Position numbers and translations under genes: made by a program
The notes under the pieces: model-generated
Told to the model about the DNA's origin: nothing
The model's database searches: none
Seen by the model: the letters and a program-made list of their open reading frames with translations, nothing else
Part shown: one piece after another, positions 50,642 to 61,586 of the stretch
How the letters are laid out: each line of letters starts with the position of its first letter
How positions within the stretch are numbered: the first letter of the stretch is position 1
Origin: Pseudomonadota bacterium
GTDB taxonomy: Bacteria; Pseudomonadota; Alphaproteobacteria; Acetobacterales; Acetobacteraceae
Direction: 5' to 3'
Length of the DNA: 64,000 nt
Assembly (NCBI GenBank): GCA_021846225.1
Contig: JAJZCG010000001.1
Span: forward strand, 15,125-79,124

Positions 50642-52699
50642 ATGGCAAAAGTTACTGTCGACGGCATTGAAGTCGAGATCGCGAACGGCTCTTCGGTCTT
50701 GCAGGCGGCTGAGGCCGCGGGCAAGGAAATCCCGCGCTTCTGTTATCATGAACGTCTTTCGGTCGCGGGCAATTGCCGGATGTGCCTGGTCGAGATTGAG
50801 AAAGTTCCAAAGCCTGTCGCCTCCTGCGGGCAGCCGGTGGCTGATGGCATGGTCATCTTCACCGATACCGAGAACGTGCGTAAGTCGCGCCGCGGCGTGA
50901 TGGAATTTCTGTTGATCAATCACCCGCTGGATTGCCCGATCTGTGACCAGGGTGGTGAGTGCGACCTGCAGGATGAAGCCGTGAGCTATGGCCGCGATAC
51001 CTCGCGTTACGAAGAGGGCAAGCGCGCCGCTGCCCAGCCTGACTGGGGACCGTTGGTTAAAACCACGATGACGCGCTGCATCCATTGCACGCGCTGCATT
51101 CGTTTCTCTACCGAAATCGCAGGCGTGCCGGAACTCGGCGCGACGATGCGCGGCGAGAACATGCAGGTTGGCACCTATGTTGACAAAGCCCTGAGTTCCG
51201 AGCTTTCCGGCAATCTCATAGATCTTTGCCCGGTCGGCGCGCTGACCTCCAAGCCTTATGCTTACACCGCCCGCTCATGGGAACTGCGCAAGACTGACAG
51301 CGTGGATGTGCTGGACGCCGTGGGCGCCAACATTCGTATCGACGCGCGGGGCGCGGAAGTGCTGCGCGTCTTGCCGCGCCTGAACGACGATGTGAATGAG
51401 GAGTGGCTCGGCGATAAATCCCGCTTTTCGGTTGACGGCCTGAAGCGCCGCCGGCTGGATCGCCCGTGGCTGCGCGAGAACGGCAAGCTCCGGGCCGCCA
51501 GCTGGGAAGAGGTTTTTGCAGCTGTCACGAACAAGATAAAAGCCAGCAAGCCGGAGCGCCTCGGCGCCATCGCAGGCGATCTCGTTGATGTCGAGAGCAT
51601 GCTGGCCCTGAAGGAAATGTTCACGAGCCTTGGCTCGCCGAATTTGGATTGCCGCCAGGACGGCGCGTTGTTTGACGCCACGCAACGCGGTTTCTACCTC
51701 TTCAACACCACCATCGCCGGGATTGAAGAGGCTGATGCGCTGGTCATTATCGGCAGCAATCCGCGCCACGAAGCCCCTGTGCTCAACGCGCGCATTCGCA
51801 AGCGCTGGCTTGCCGGACATTTTGCAGCCGCCCTCATCGGCGTACCGCACGATCTCACCTATCCCACAACTCATATCGGCTCTGGACCGGATGCCGTCAC
51901 CGCATTGCTCGATGGCACGCATCCCTTCGCGGAAGTTCTGAAAGCGGCGAAGAAGCCGATGCTCATCCTCGGCGCGGGCGCGCTGGCGCGGCCTGATGGC
52001 GCCGCCATTCACGCCGCTGCCTGGAAACTCGCCGCGCAGTTCAACATGCTGAACGACGACTGGCATGGCTTCAACGTGCTGCATCATGCGGCGGCGCGCA
52101 CCGGCGCGCTGGATATCGGCTTCCTTCCTGGTCCGGGGGGTAAGTCAACCGCCCAGATGCTCGCCGGCGGCGTGGATATTCTCTGGCTGCTCGGCGCCGA
52201 TGCCCTGGATACGCAAGCCATTGGTGCGGACACCTTCGTGATTTATCAGGGGCACCATGGCGATGCCGCCGCCGCCCGGGCTGATGTGATCCTCCCCGGC
52301 GCCGCCTACACGGAAAAAGACGGCACTTACGTCAACACCGAAGGGCGGGTGCAGCAGGGCTTCCTTGCGGTCAAACCGCCCGGCGACGCGCGTGAGGATT
52401 GGCGCATTCTGCGCGCCATCAGCGCCTATATGGGCCACGCCCTGCGGTATGACACGTTGCAGGAATTGCGCGCGCATCTGGCGCAAACCTATCCCGCGTT
52501 TGCACTCACCGGTGAGTTGCGCCGCCTCGCGGGCGCAAACCTCGCGGCCCCGGCGGGTGATCCCGCAGCGGTGAGTGCCGTGCCCTTTGAGCCGGTTTTC
52601 GACAATTACTACCAGACCGACCCGATCAGCCGCGCCAGCCCCACCATGGCCGCTTGCGTAGAGGCCCATTATCCTAACCTGGCGGAGGCTGCGCAATGA
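50642..52699 (+). CDS. nuoG: NADH-quinone oxidoreductase subunit G
   Basis: [60 protein letters not shown]. Confidence 0.97.
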   Translation: MAKVTVDGIEVEIANGSSVLQAAEAAGKEIPRFCYHERLSVAGNCRMCLVEIEKVPKPVASCGQPVADGMVIFTDTENVRKSRRGVMEFLLINHPLDCPICDQGGECDLQDEAVSYGRDTSRYEEGKRAAAQPDWGPLVKTTMTRCIHCTRCIRFSTEIAGVPELGATMRGENMQVGTYVDKALSSELSGNLIDLCPVGALTSKPYAYTARSWELRKTDSVDVLDAVGANIRIDARGAEVLRVLPRLNDDVNEEWLGDKSRFSVDGLKRRRLDRPWLRENGKLRAASWEEVFAAVTNKIKASKPERLGAIAGDLVDVESMLALKEMFTSLGSPNLDCRQDGALFDATQRGFYLFNTTIAGIEEADALVIIGSNPRHEAPVLNARIRKRWLAGHFAAALIGVPHDLTYPTTHIGSGPDAVTALLDGTHPFAEVLKAAKKPMLILGAGALARPDGAAIHAAAWKLAAQFNMLNDDWHGFNVLHHAAARTGALDIGFLPGPGGKSTAQMLAGGVDILWLLGADALDTQAIGADTFVIYQGHHGDAAAARADVILPGAAYTEKDGTYVNTEGRVQQGFLAVKPPGDAREDWRILRAISAYMGHALRYDTLQELRAHLAQTYPAFALTGELRRLAGANLAAPAGDPAAVSAVPFEPVFDNYYQTDPISRASPTMAACVEAHYPNLAEAAQ

Positions 52700-53709
52700 G
52701 CGTGTTTCTGCAAACCAATCTTGGCATCGCCATCCTCACGCTGCTTGAGTCGCTGGCCATCATCGTGCCGTTGCTGCTCGGTGTTGCCTATCTCACCTGG
52801 TTCGAGCGTAAGGTGATGGGCGCGATCCAGCTGCGCAAAGGACCTAATGTCGTGGGTCCGTTCGGCCTGTGGCAGCCTTTCGCCGATGCTATCAAAATGA
52901 TGTTCAAGGAAACCATTTTCCCGACCGGCGCCGATAAGGTGCTGTTCACCATCGCGCCGATGATCACCTTTGGTCTCGCTGTTGTGGCCTGGGCGGTAAT
53001 CCCGGTTAACGACCATTGGGCGGTTGCCAACATCAACGTCGGCATCCTCTATCTGTTCGCGATCTCCTCACTGGGCGTTTATGGGATTATCATCGCTGGT
53101 TGGGCCAGCAACTCCAAATACGCCTTCCTCGGCGCGTTGCGTAGCGCGGCGCAGATGGTGTCCTACGAAGTCTCGATGGGTTTCGTTATCGTTACGGTGC
53201 TCATCTGCGTTGGCAGCCTGAACCTTAACGACATTGTGCTGGCGCAGCGGCACATCTGGTTCGCCATCCCGTTGCTGCCGCTTTTCGTTATCTTCTTCAT
53301 CTCCGGCCTGGCCGAAACCAACCGCGCCCCGTTCGATCTGGCCGAGGGTGAAACCGAAATCGTCGCAGGCTTCTTCGTTGAATACAGCGCCATGACCTTC
53401 GCGTTGTTCTTCCTCGGTGAATACGCGAACATGATCCTGATAAGCGCGATGACCACGACGCTCTTTCTCGGCGGCTGGCTTTCTCCCATTCCCTTCGCGC
53501 CGTTCACGCTCATCCCAGGCGTGTTCTGGTTTTTGCTCAAGATACTGGTCTGCCTGTTCGTATTCGTCTGGGTGCGCGCCACCCTGCCACGTTTCCGTTA
53601 TGATCAGATCATGTCTCTCGGGTGGAAGGTGTTTCTTCCCATTTCGCTCGTCTGGCTGGTGTTGACCGCCGGCTTCCTGGAAATTTTCGGAATGCTCCCC
53701 CATGCTTGA
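52696..53709 (+). CDS. nuoH: NADH-quinone oxidoreductase subunit H
   Basis: [52 protein letters not shown]. Confidence 0.97.
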   Translation: MSVFLQTNLGIAILTLLESLAIIVPLLLGVAYLTWFERKVMGAIQLRKGPNVVGPFGLWQPFADAIKMMFKETIFPTGADKVLFTIAPMITFGLAVVAWAVIPVNDHWAVANINVGILYLFAISSLGVYGIIIAGWASNSKYAFLGALRSAAQMVSYEVSMGFVIVTVLICVGSLNLNDIVLAQRHIWFAIPLLPLFVIFFISGLAETNRAPFDLAEGETEIVAGFFVEYSAMTFALFFLGEYANMILISAMTTTLFLGGWLSPIPFAPFTLIPGVFWFLLKILVCLFVFVWVRATLPRFRYDQIMSLGWKVFLPISLVWLVLTAGFLEIFGMLPHA

Positions 53710-53718
53710 GGTTTGCAA

Positions 53719-54207
53719 ATGACACGTTTAGGCCGGATGGCGTGGGGGCTGGTGCTGTGGGAAATTCTCTGCGGCCTGGCACTGACTTTGCGGTATTTCT
53801 TCAAACCCAAAGCCACCATCAATTACCCGTATGAGAAAAACCCGACCAGCCCGCGCTTCAAGGGGGAACATGCGCTGCGCCGTTACCCGAACGGTGAGGA
53901 ACGCTGTATCGCCTGCAAGTTGTGCGAGGCGGTCTGCCCCGCGCAGGCCATCACCATCGAGGCTGCTCCGCGTGACGACGGTTCGCGCCGTACCACGCGC
54001 TATGATATCGACATGACCAAATGCATCTACTGCGGTCTGTGCGAGGAGGCATGCCCGGTTGATGCCATCGTGGAGGGGCCGAATTTTGAATTCGCCACCG
54101 AAACGCGCGAAGAACTGCTGTATAACAAGGCCAAGCTGCTTGATAATGGTGACCGGTGGGAGCCAGAATTAGCCAAGCGGCTAGAACTTGACGCGCCGTA
54201 CCGGTGA
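53719..54207 (+). CDS. nuoI: NADH-quinone oxidoreductase subunit I
   Basis: [14 protein letters not shown] and [14 protein letters not shown]. Confidence 0.97.
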   Translation: MTRLGRMAWGLVLWEILCGLALTLRYFFKPKATINYPYEKNPTSPRFKGEHALRRYPNGEERCIACKLCEAVCPAQAITIEAAPRDDGSRRTTRYDIDMTKCIYCGLCEEACPVDAIVEGPNFEFATETREELLYNKAKLLDNGDRWEPELAKRLELDAPYR

Positions 54208-54217
54208 GAGTCCAACC

Positions 54218-54853
54218 ATGATCCAAAATCTTCTTTTTGACCTTTTTTCCTTTATCCTGCTGGGTTCAGCAGCGATGGTGGTGACCAGCCGCAACCCCGT
54301 GCATGCGGTGTTGTTTCTCATTCTCGCCTTCATCAACGCCGCGGCGCTGTTTCTGCTGGCCGGGGCTGAGTTTCTGGCGATGGTGCTGGTGATCGTCTAT
54401 GTCGGCGCGGTTGCGGTGTTGTTCCTCTTCGTCGTCATGATGCTGGATGTGAATTTCGCGGTCCTGCGGGAAGGCTTTCAGCGATACGCTCCCATTGGCG
54501 CACTGGTCGCGCTCATCTTGTTCGTGGAGCTGGCGCTGTTTGTCACCGGGTCGACCGTCGCTCCCGGCGCGGCCGCGGCCCGGCTGTTTCCAACGCCTGA
54601 CGACATCACCAACTCCCAGGCGCTGGGCTCGCTCATCTACACCAATTATCTGCCCTTGTTCCAACTCTCGGGCGTTATTTTGCTGGTCGCGATGATCGGC
54701 GCCATCGTGCTGACGCACCGTGACCGCAAGCGCGCCAAGCGGCAAAACCTGGATGTCCAGCATGCCCGCCTTCCCGCGGAGACCCTCACCATGGTTTCAG
54801 CAAAGCTTGGCGCCGGCGCCGCGATGCCCCAGCCGAAAAAGGAGACGCTCTAA
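54218..54853 (+). CDS. nuoJ: NADH-quinone oxidoreductase subunit J
   Basis: [44 protein letters not shown]. Confidence 0.95.
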   Translation: MIQNLLFDLFSFILLGSAAMVVTSRNPVHAVLFLILAFINAAALFLLAGAEFLAMVLVIVYVGAVAVLFLFVVMMLDVNFAVLREGFQRYAPIGALVALILFVELALFVTGSTVAPGAAAARLFPTPDDITNSQALGSLIYTNYLPLFQLSGVILLVAMIGAIVLTHRDRKRAKRQNLDVQHARLPAETLTMVSAKLGAGAAMPQPKKETL

Positions 54854-55161
54854 TGCTGATCCCGTTATCGCATTATCTATTTGTTGCCGGTCTTCTGCTC
54901 GTCATCGGTGTCTTCGGTATCTTCATGAACCGCAAGAACATCATCATCATCATGATGTCGATCGAGCTGATCCTGCTGGCCGCGAATATCAACTTCATCG
55001 CATTCTCCGGTGCCTTGCATGACATGGTGGGGCAGGTCTTCACCATGTTCGTGCTCACCGTTGCTGCCGCTGAGTCCGCCATTGGCCTTGCCATCCTGGT
55101 CATCTATTTCCGCAATCGTGGCTCGATCGAGGTCGAGGACGTGACATTGATGAAGGGTTGA
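54853..55161 (+). CDS. nuoK: NADH-quinone oxidoreductase subunit K
   Basis: [29 protein letters not shown]. Confidence 0.96.
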   Translation: MLIPLSHYLFVAGLLLVIGVFGIFMNRKNIIIIMMSIELILLAANINFIAFSGALHDMVGQVFTMFVLTVAAAESAIGLAILVIYFRNRGSIEVEDVTLMKG

Positions 55162-55162
55162 T

Positions 55163-57088
55163 ATGCTCACCTTAATCGCCGTTTTTGCGCCGCTCATCGG
55201 CGCGGTCCTCGCGGGCGTCGCGCGTCCGTTCATAGGCAAGCAGGCAGCCGTCGGCGCCAGCGTGCTGTTCATGGTCATCTCGGCCGTGGCGGGTGTGTCT
55301 TCCTTCATTGGGTTCGTGCAGGGCGGTGTACCCATCGCGCCGCTGCATCTTGCAAGCTGGATTTCGGCCGGCAGTTTCACGCCGGGCTGGACCTTGCGCC
55401 AGGATGCACTCAGCCTGGTCATGGTCGCCATGGTCAGCAGCGTTTCCATGCTCATCCATGTCTACAGCATGGGCTACATGGCGCACGACAAAACCGTTCC
55501 CCGGTTCTTTGCCTATCTTTCCCTCTTCACCTTCGCCATGCTGATGCTGGTGACCGCGAACAACCTGCTCCAGCTCTATTTTGGCTGGGAGGGGGTTGGT
55601 CTCGTCTCCTACCTGCTCATCGGCTACTGGTATGAGCGGCCTTCAGCCAACGCGGCGGCCATCAAGGCGTTCATCGTCAACCGCGTGGGCGATCTATCCT
55701 TTGCTGTCGGCATCGCGCTGACCTATTTTATTTTCAAAACCATCTCGTTTGACGGAATTTTCGCCGCCGTCGCCGCTCATACGGGAGACCAATACAGGCT
55801 GTTGGGCACCTCGTTCCCGGCGCTGGAGGTGGTCTGCATTCTTTTGTTCATCGGCGCGATGGGCAAATCCGCGCAGATTTTCCTGCACACCTGGCTGGCT
55901 GACGCGATGGAAGGCCCCACCCCGGTCTCTGCGCTCATCCATGCTGCCACCATGGTCGCCGCCGGGGTATTCCTGATCGCGCGGATCTCGCCGCTGCTTA
56001 ACGCCGCTCCGGTTGCGATGGATTTTGTTACCATCATCGGCGCGTCCACCGCGCTTTTCGCGGGCACCATCGGCTGCGTGCAGAACGACATCAAGCGCAT
56101 CATCGCCTATTCCACCTGCTCGCAGCTTGGCTATATGTTCCTGGCGGCTGGGCTTGGGGCCTATCCGGTGGCGATGTTCCACCTCATCAACCACGCCTTC
56201 TTCAAGGCGCTGTTGTTCCTGGCTGCTGGTTCGGTCATTCACGCAATGTCGGATGAACAGGACATCCGCCTGATGGGTGGTCTGGCCCGCAAGCTGCCCG
56301 TCACATGGCTGGTGATGCTTATTGGCGCTTTGGCTCTGGCGGGTATTCCTCCCTTCTCCGGTTATTACTCCAAGGATGCGATACTGGATGCAGCCTTCGG
56401 CGCGAACACCGCGGTTGGAATGTATGGCTGGGTCTGCGGCGTTATCACGGCGGGTCTCACGGCGTTCTATATTTCGCGGCTTTTTCTGCTCACCTTCCAT
56501 GGCACCTCGCGCGCGCCGAAGCATGTTCAAGAGCATGTGCATGAGAGCCCGCTGGTCATGCTGGTGCCGCTCATTCTGCTCGCCCTCGGCGCTCTGGGCA
56601 GCGGGTATGTTCTCAGAAGCAGCTTCATCGGCGCGGGCTTCGCGCATTTCTGGGGCGCGAGCATTGCAGTTCCCGCGAATGGCGTGATGAATGCTCTGGC
56701 TCACCCAACCATGCTGGCGGAACTCTCTCCGTTGATTGCTTCCGTATCCGGCATTTTTGTCGCTGTCATTTTCTACGTTTTGGCGCCATCGCTCCCGGCG
56801 GCGCTCTCGCAAAACCTTGGCGGGCTGTATCGTTTCGTCCTCAACAAATGGTATTTTGATGAGGTTTATGACGCAGTTTTGGTCAAACCTGCCTTGCGCC
56901 TCGCGAAATTTGCCTGGCGTTTCGGTGACGAGCAGGTGATCGACGGCGTGCCCAACGGTCTTGCGAGCCTCACCACCGATGCGTCAGTGCAGACGGTTAA
57001 ACTGCAGACCGGCTCGATCGCGCTATATGCTTTCATTATGCTGATCGGCCTGCTTGCCTTCCTCAGCCTCTTCCTGTGGGTGCGTTAA
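55163..57088 (+). CDS. nuoL: NADH-quinone oxidoreductase subunit L
   Basis: GWEGVGLVSYLLIGYW, NRVGD, GKSAQ..LHTWLADAMEGPTPVSALIHAATMV, HAFFKALLFL. Confidence 0.97.
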   Translation: MLTLIAVFAPLIGAVLAGVARPFIGKQAAVGASVLFMVISAVAGVSSFIGFVQGGVPIAPLHLASWISAGSFTPGWTLRQDALSLVMVAMVSSVSMLIHVYSMGYMAHDKTVPRFFAYLSLFTFAMLMLVTANNLLQLYFGWEGVGLVSYLLIGYWYERPSANAAAIKAFIVNRVGDLSFAVGIALTYFIFKTISFDGIFAAVAAHTGDQYRLLGTSFPALEVVCILLFIGAMGKSAQIFLHTWLADAMEGPTPVSALIHAATMVAAGVFLIARISPLLNAAPVAMDFVTIIGASTALFAGTIGCVQNDIKRIIAYSTCSQLGYMFLAAGLGAYPVAMFHLINHAFFKALLFLAAGSVIHAMSDEQDIRLMGGLARKLPVTWLVMLIGALALAGIPPFSGYYSKDAILDAAFGANTAVGMYGWVCGVITAGLTAFYISRLFLLTFHGTSRAPKHVQEHVHESPLVMLVPLILLALGALGSGYVLRSSFIGAGFAHFWGASIAVPANGVMNALAHPTMLAELSPLIASVSGIFVAVIFYVLAPSLPAALSQNLGGLYRFVLNKWYFDEVYDAVLVKPALRLAKFAWRFGDEQVIDGVPNGLASLTTDASVQTVKLQTGSIALYAFIMLIGLLAFLSLFLWVR

Positions 57089-57090
57089 CC

Positions 57091-58608
57091 ATGAACCAGA
57101 TCGGTTTTCCCATCCTCTCGCTGCTTACGTTTTTGCCGCTTGCGGGTGTTGCCTATCTTGCCACGCTACGCGGCGATGAAATGGCCGTGGCAGCGCGCGC
57201 GCGCAGTGGTGCGCTCATCACCAGCCTCGGCGTGCTGGCGTTGGGGATTTATCTCTGGATGGCTTTTGATCCATCGCAAGGCGGCTTCCAGTTTGTTGAA
57301 GCTCTGCCCTGGCTTTCGGGGCTGGACGTGCAGTACCGCATGGGGGTGGATGGCATCAGCCTGTTCCTCATCCTGCTCACGGCGTTTTTGACACCCATCG
57401 CCATTCTCTCCAGCTGGTCCATCACCAAGCGTATCCGCGAATTGATGATGGCGTTCCTGCTGCTTGAGACCATGACGATCGGCATGTTCTGTGCGCTCGA
57501 TTTCGTGGTTTTCTATATCTTCTTCGAGGCCGTGCTCCTGCCGATGTATCTCATCATCGGTGTCTGGGGCGGGGAGCGCCGGATTTATGCGGCGGTCAAA
57601 TTCTTCATCTTCACCCTGGCCGGTTCGCTGTTCATGCTGCTGGCTCTGGTTTGGCTGTGGCGCAATGCCGGAACAACCGACATCGTGACATTGCTGCACA
57701 CGCCCATCGCGCCGCAGGCGCAGATGTGGCTGTTCGCGGCATTCCTGGCGTCGTTCGGCGTTAAAGCCGCGGTCTGGCCGCTGCACACCTGGCTGCCCGA
57801 CGCCTACGGCGAAGCGCCCATCCCCGGCACCATCATGCTGGCTGCGGTGCTTTCAAAAATGGGCGCCTACGGTTTCCTGCGCTTTGCAGTTCCCATGCTC
57901 CCGCAGGCCGCCGCCGCCGCCGAACCCTTGATGTTCACATTGGGCGTCGTCGCCGTCATCTACATATCTTTCGTCGCGCTGGCACAGACCGACATGAAGC
58001 GCATGATCGCCTATTCATCAGCCGCTCACATGGGCATCATCATCATCGGCATTTTCACCTTCACGGTGGAAGGTATCGAGGGTGCGTTGTTTCAGATGCT
58101 CTCGCACGGTCTTGTCATCGCCGGTTTGTTTGTTTGCACCGGCGTTTTGCTCTCTCGCGGCCAAACGCTCACGCTCTCGCGTTTGGGTGGCCTGGCCACG
58201 AAAATGCCGGCCTACGCGGTATTTCTCATGCTGTTTTCGCTGGCGAACGCCGGGCTGCCTGGCACGTCCGGCTTTGTTGGCGAGATCCTGGTCATCGTCG
58301 GCGCCATGAAGGTTAATTTCTGGGTCGCGCTGTTGGGCGCCGGGGGCATGGTGCTGGGCGCCGCCTATATGTTGATGCTTCTTCGCGCTGTATTGTTCGA
58401 CAAATTGAGCCGCCCCGAGCTTGGCGCGCTGGCTGATCTGAAACCCGGAGAATATGCCATGCTGCTGCCCCTGGCGGCCATGGTGCTCTGGCTCGGCATC
58501 TACCCCGGCAGCTTCACCCATATGTTTGACGCATCGGTGAATGCCATGGTGCAGGCACATATCGCCGCCCTCACACCCCATACGGCGCTTGCCATGGTGA
58601 CCAAATGA
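57091..58608 (+). CDS. nuoM: NADH-quinone oxidoreductase subunit M
   Basis: GVDGISL, FYIFFEAVL.PMY, HTWLPDAYGEAP, SKMGAYG, GLPGTSGFVGE. Confidence 0.96.
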   Translation: MNQIGFPILSLLTFLPLAGVAYLATLRGDEMAVAARARSGALITSLGVLALGIYLWMAFDPSQGGFQFVEALPWLSGLDVQYRMGVDGISLFLILLTAFLTPIAILSSWSITKRIRELMMAFLLLETMTIGMFCALDFVVFYIFFEAVLLPMYLIIGVWGGERRIYAAVKFFIFTLAGSLFMLLALVWLWRNAGTTDIVTLLHTPIAPQAQMWLFAAFLASFGVKAAVWPLHTWLPDAYGEAPIPGTIMLAAVLSKMGAYGFLRFAVPMLPQAAAAAEPLMFTLGVVAVIYISFVALAQTDMKRMIAYSSAAHMGIIIIGIFTFTVEGIEGALFQMLSHGLVIAGLFVCTGVLLSRGQTLTLSRLGGLATKMPAYAVFLMLFSLANAGLPGTSGFVGEILVIVGAMKVNFWVALLGAGGMVLGAAYMLMLLRAVLFDKLSRPELGALADLKPGEYAMLLPLAAMVLWLGIYPGSFTHMFDASVNAMVQAHIAALTPHTALAMVTK

Positions 58609-60026
58609 ACCCGATGTACCTTCCCCTCATCCCTGGCCTGATATTGGGCCTGGGCGGCATGGTTTTGTTGCTCATTGGGGTGCTCTCCAAGCGCGATCAG
58701 ACCTGCACATGCACTTACGGCGCCGTGCTGGCGCTGATCGTCGCAGCGGCGTTCTCCCTGGCCGCGCCGGATGGAATGCTTTTCGCAGGGCTGTTGAAAA
58801 CCAGCCTGTTCACCCGCTTTGCCGATACGATGGTCTACCTTGGCGCCGCCGCGGCCTTGCTGTTGTCGCTGGATTATAACCGGCGCGAGGCCATGGCCCG
58901 CTTTGAGTTTCCCGTTCTGGTTCTCTTCGCGGTCCTGGGGATGATCGTGATGATCTCAGCAGCGGATCTCATGAGCCTTTACATCGGGTTCGAGCTGCAA
59001 TCCCTGACACTGTATATTCTTGCCGCTTCGGCGCGGGATTCGCTGCGTTCAACCGAAGCCGGCCTTAAATACTTTGTCCTGGGCTCTCTTGCCTCCGGCC
59101 TGCTCATTTATGGTATTTCCCTGGTTTATGGCTTCGCGGGCACCACTAATTTCATCTCCCTCGCGGCCATCCTCGCGAACGGCGCCGGCTATGGAACAAT
59201 CATCGGCATTGTCTTTGTCCTGGTCGGCCTTGCCTTCAAGGTTTCGGCGGCGCCCTTCCATATGTGGACGCCTGACGTATATGAAGGCTCCCCGACCCCC
59301 GTTACCGCGCTGTTTGGCACCGCGCCAAAAATCGCGACCATGGCGCTGCTGTTTTCGGTGATGCTCGGGCCGTTCGGCCACCTGCTCGCGCAATGGCGCA
59401 TGATTATTGAAGTCCTCAGCATCCTCTCGATGGCCCTGGGCGCGCTGGCCGCCATCGGCCAGAAGAACATAAAGCGGCTGCTGGCCTATTCCTCTATCGG
59501 CCACATGGGCTACGCCCTCATGGGGCTCGCCGCCGGCACGCTGGCAGGAACACAGGCTACCCTGGTTTATCTTGCGATTTATCTGGTTATGTCCTTTGGC
59601 GCCTTCGCTTGCGTTATCGCCATGCGCCGGAGAGGCCAGGCAGTGGAGACCATTGCCGATCTGGCCGGGCTCTCCACGGAGAACCCCGGCTTTGCCCTGG
59701 CTCTGGCGATATTCATGTGGGCCATGGCGGGCATTCCGCCGCTCTCGGGCTTCTTCGGCAAGCTCTATGTATTCTCCGCTGCCATTAACGCGGGCCTTAC
59801 AACCCTGGCCGTCGTTGGCGTGGTTACCAGTGTCATCGGCGCGTTCTACTACCTGCGGGTGATCAAGGTGATGTATTTTGATGCCGGAACCCCTGGTTTT
59901 GATAAAGCCGCTGGCAGCGTGCGCTTCGTGATGTTCGCGGGGGCGCTTGTCACCTGTCTGTTCGTCTTTATTCCCGGCCCGCTCATTACCGCAGCGGATG
60001 CCGCCGCCAGGGCGCTCCTTGGTTGA
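58605..60026 (+). CDS. nuoN: NADH-quinone oxidoreductase subunit N
   Basis: STEAGLKYFVLG, FKVSAAPFHMWTPDVYEGSPTP, KRLLAYSSIGH, AGIPPLSGFFGK. Confidence 0.96.
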   Translation: MNPMYLPLIPGLILGLGGMVLLLIGVLSKRDQTCTCTYGAVLALIVAAAFSLAAPDGMLFAGLLKTSLFTRFADTMVYLGAAAALLLSLDYNRREAMARFEFPVLVLFAVLGMIVMISAADLMSLYIGFELQSLTLYILAASARDSLRSTEAGLKYFVLGSLASGLLIYGISLVYGFAGTTNFISLAAILANGAGYGTIIGIVFVLVGLAFKVSAAPFHMWTPDVYEGSPTPVTALFGTAPKIATMALLFSVMLGPFGHLLAQWRMIIEVLSILSMALGALAAIGQKNIKRLLAYSSIGHMGYALMGLAAGTLAGTQATLVYLAIYLVMSFGAFACVIAMRRRGQAVETIADLAGLSTENPGFALALAIFMWAMAGIPPLSGFFGKLYVFSAAINAGLTTLAVVGVVTSVIGAFYYLRVIKVMYFDAGTPGFDKAAGSVRFVMFAGALVTCLFVFIPGPLITAADAAARALLG

Positions 60027-60736
60027 TCTCCTGGCGGCTTGAGACCTATGACGAGCTAGGCTCAACCTCCGATCTTTGCACCGTTCGTGCCAAGGCGGGA
60101 GAGCCAGCCGGGCTTGCTGTGCTTGCCCGCAAACAAACCGCGGGGCGCGGCAGCCGCGGGCGCAGCTGGCAAGCGCCTGAAGGGAACCTCAACCTCTCAG
60201 TCCTGCTTCGCCCCACCATGCCGGCCGCGCTGGCTGGTTTCTATTCACTGCTGGCGGGTGTCGTGGCGGCCGAGGCGATCGAGCCGTTTTTTGCGCCGCC
60301 CACCATGCTGAAATGGCCCAACGATGTGCTGCTGGGCGGTGCCAAGCTCGCGGGGGTGCTTATCGACGCCGCCCCCAACGGCCAAAATCTTGATTGGCTG
60401 GTTATCGGCATCGGCATGAATTTGCGCACCGCGCCACAAATCCCCGGCCGGGCCACCACCTCCCTGGCTGCTCATGGCCTCACTCTTTCGGCTCTTGATG
60501 CCGCAAACGCTATTTTATCGGGCTTCTCCCGCTGGCACGGCGCCAGCACAGAGGCGATCCGCGACGCGTGGCTCAACCGCGCCCATCCGCTCGGCACACA
60601 GCTTGAGATTAAATCCGCGCAGGCCACCCTGAGTGGTACGTTCGCCGGGCTCTCGCCTGCGGGCGAATTGCTGTTGCAGAGCAATAATCGTATCCACCAG
60701 ATCAGCACGGGCGATGTGATGCTGGGCACGGTGTGA
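60023..60736 (+). CDS. birA: Biotin--[acetyl-CoA carboxylase] ligase without an HTH domain
   Basis: TTGA overlap with nuoN; [25 protein letters not shown]. Confidence 0.92.
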   Translation: MISWRLETYDELGSTSDLCTVRAKAGEPAGLAVLARKQTAGRGSRGRSWQAPEGNLNLSVLLRPTMPAALAGFYSLLAGVVAAEAIEPFFAPPTMLKWPNDVLLGGAKLAGVLIDAAPNGQNLDWLVIGIGMNLRTAPQIPGRATTSLAAHGLTLSALDAANAILSGFSRWHGASTEAIRDAWLNRAHPLGTQLEIKSAQATLSGTFAGLSPAGELLLQSNNRIHQISTGDVMLGTV

Positions 60737-60746
60737 GGAGGGTGAA

Positions 60747-61556
60747 ATGCTTCTGGTGATCGACGCCGGTAACACCAATATCGTGTTCGCGGTGCATAAC
60801 GGCACGGAGTGGCGCGGCACCTGGCGGCTGGCCACCTCGGCGCAGCGCACCTCGGATGAATACGGCGTCTGGCTGGAAGCCCTGCTTACCCGTGCCGGGA
60901 TAACCCCACGCGAGATCAGCCGCGCCGTCATCGGCACCGTTGTTCCAGCCGCCCTGTACGATCTGCGCCGCCTTTGCCGCGAATGGTTCGATGTCGAGCC
61001 GCTGGTGGCCAACGCCCGGCTGGACTGGGGTTTTGAGATCAAGGTTGACACCCCCGACGAAGTCGGCGCGGACCGCCTGCTCAACGCGCTCGCCGCCCAT
61101 AACCTTTATCATGGCCCTCTGGTGGTGGTTGATTTCGGCACCGCCACCACCTTCGATGTGGTGGACGCCGACGGCGCTTATCTCGGGGGTGCCATCTCAC
61201 CTGGCATCAATCTATCCATCGAGGCCCTGCATCAGGCGGCGGCCCGGTTGCCGCGCATCGGCATCGGCCGGCCGCAATCGGTCATCGGCCGCTCCACGAT
61301 CCCGGCTATGCGCTCAGGCACCTACTGGGGCTATATCGGGTTGATAGAAGGCCTGCTCACCCGCATTGAAGGCGAGTACGGCACACCGCTCAAGGCGATC
61401 GCCACCGGTGGACTCGCCCCCTTGTTCGCCGAGGGCACATCGCGGTTCACAGCCATTGCTTCCGACCTGACGCTCGACGGCCTGCGCTTGCTGTCGCTGC
61501 GTAATAACCCGCCCCCTTTGCCGCGCGACCGCGCACGGTTTATCGAGGCCGAATAA
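60747..61556 (+). CDS. coaX: Type III pantothenate kinase
   Basis: [36 protein letters not shown]. Confidence 0.94.
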   Translation: MLLVIDAGNTNIVFAVHNGTEWRGTWRLATSAQRTSDEYGVWLEALLTRAGITPREISRAVIGTVVPAALYDLRRLCREWFDVEPLVANARLDWGFEIKVDTPDEVGADRLLNALAAHNLYHGPLVVVDFGTATTFDVVDADGAYLGGAISPGINLSIEALHQAAARLPRIGIGRPQSVIGRSTIPAMRSGTYWGYIGLIEGLLTRIEGEYGTPLKAIATGGLAPLFAEGTSRFTAIASDLTLDGLRLLSLRNNPPPLPRDRARFIEAE

Positions 61557-61586
61557 TCTAAAATCTACCCAGGAGTTTTGTATCTG

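Noticed and set aside
45992-60026. Novelty within the nuo operon
   Set aside because: All 14 subunits are present in canonical order with expected Fe-S and membrane motifs. I found no frameshift, insertion or extra gene.
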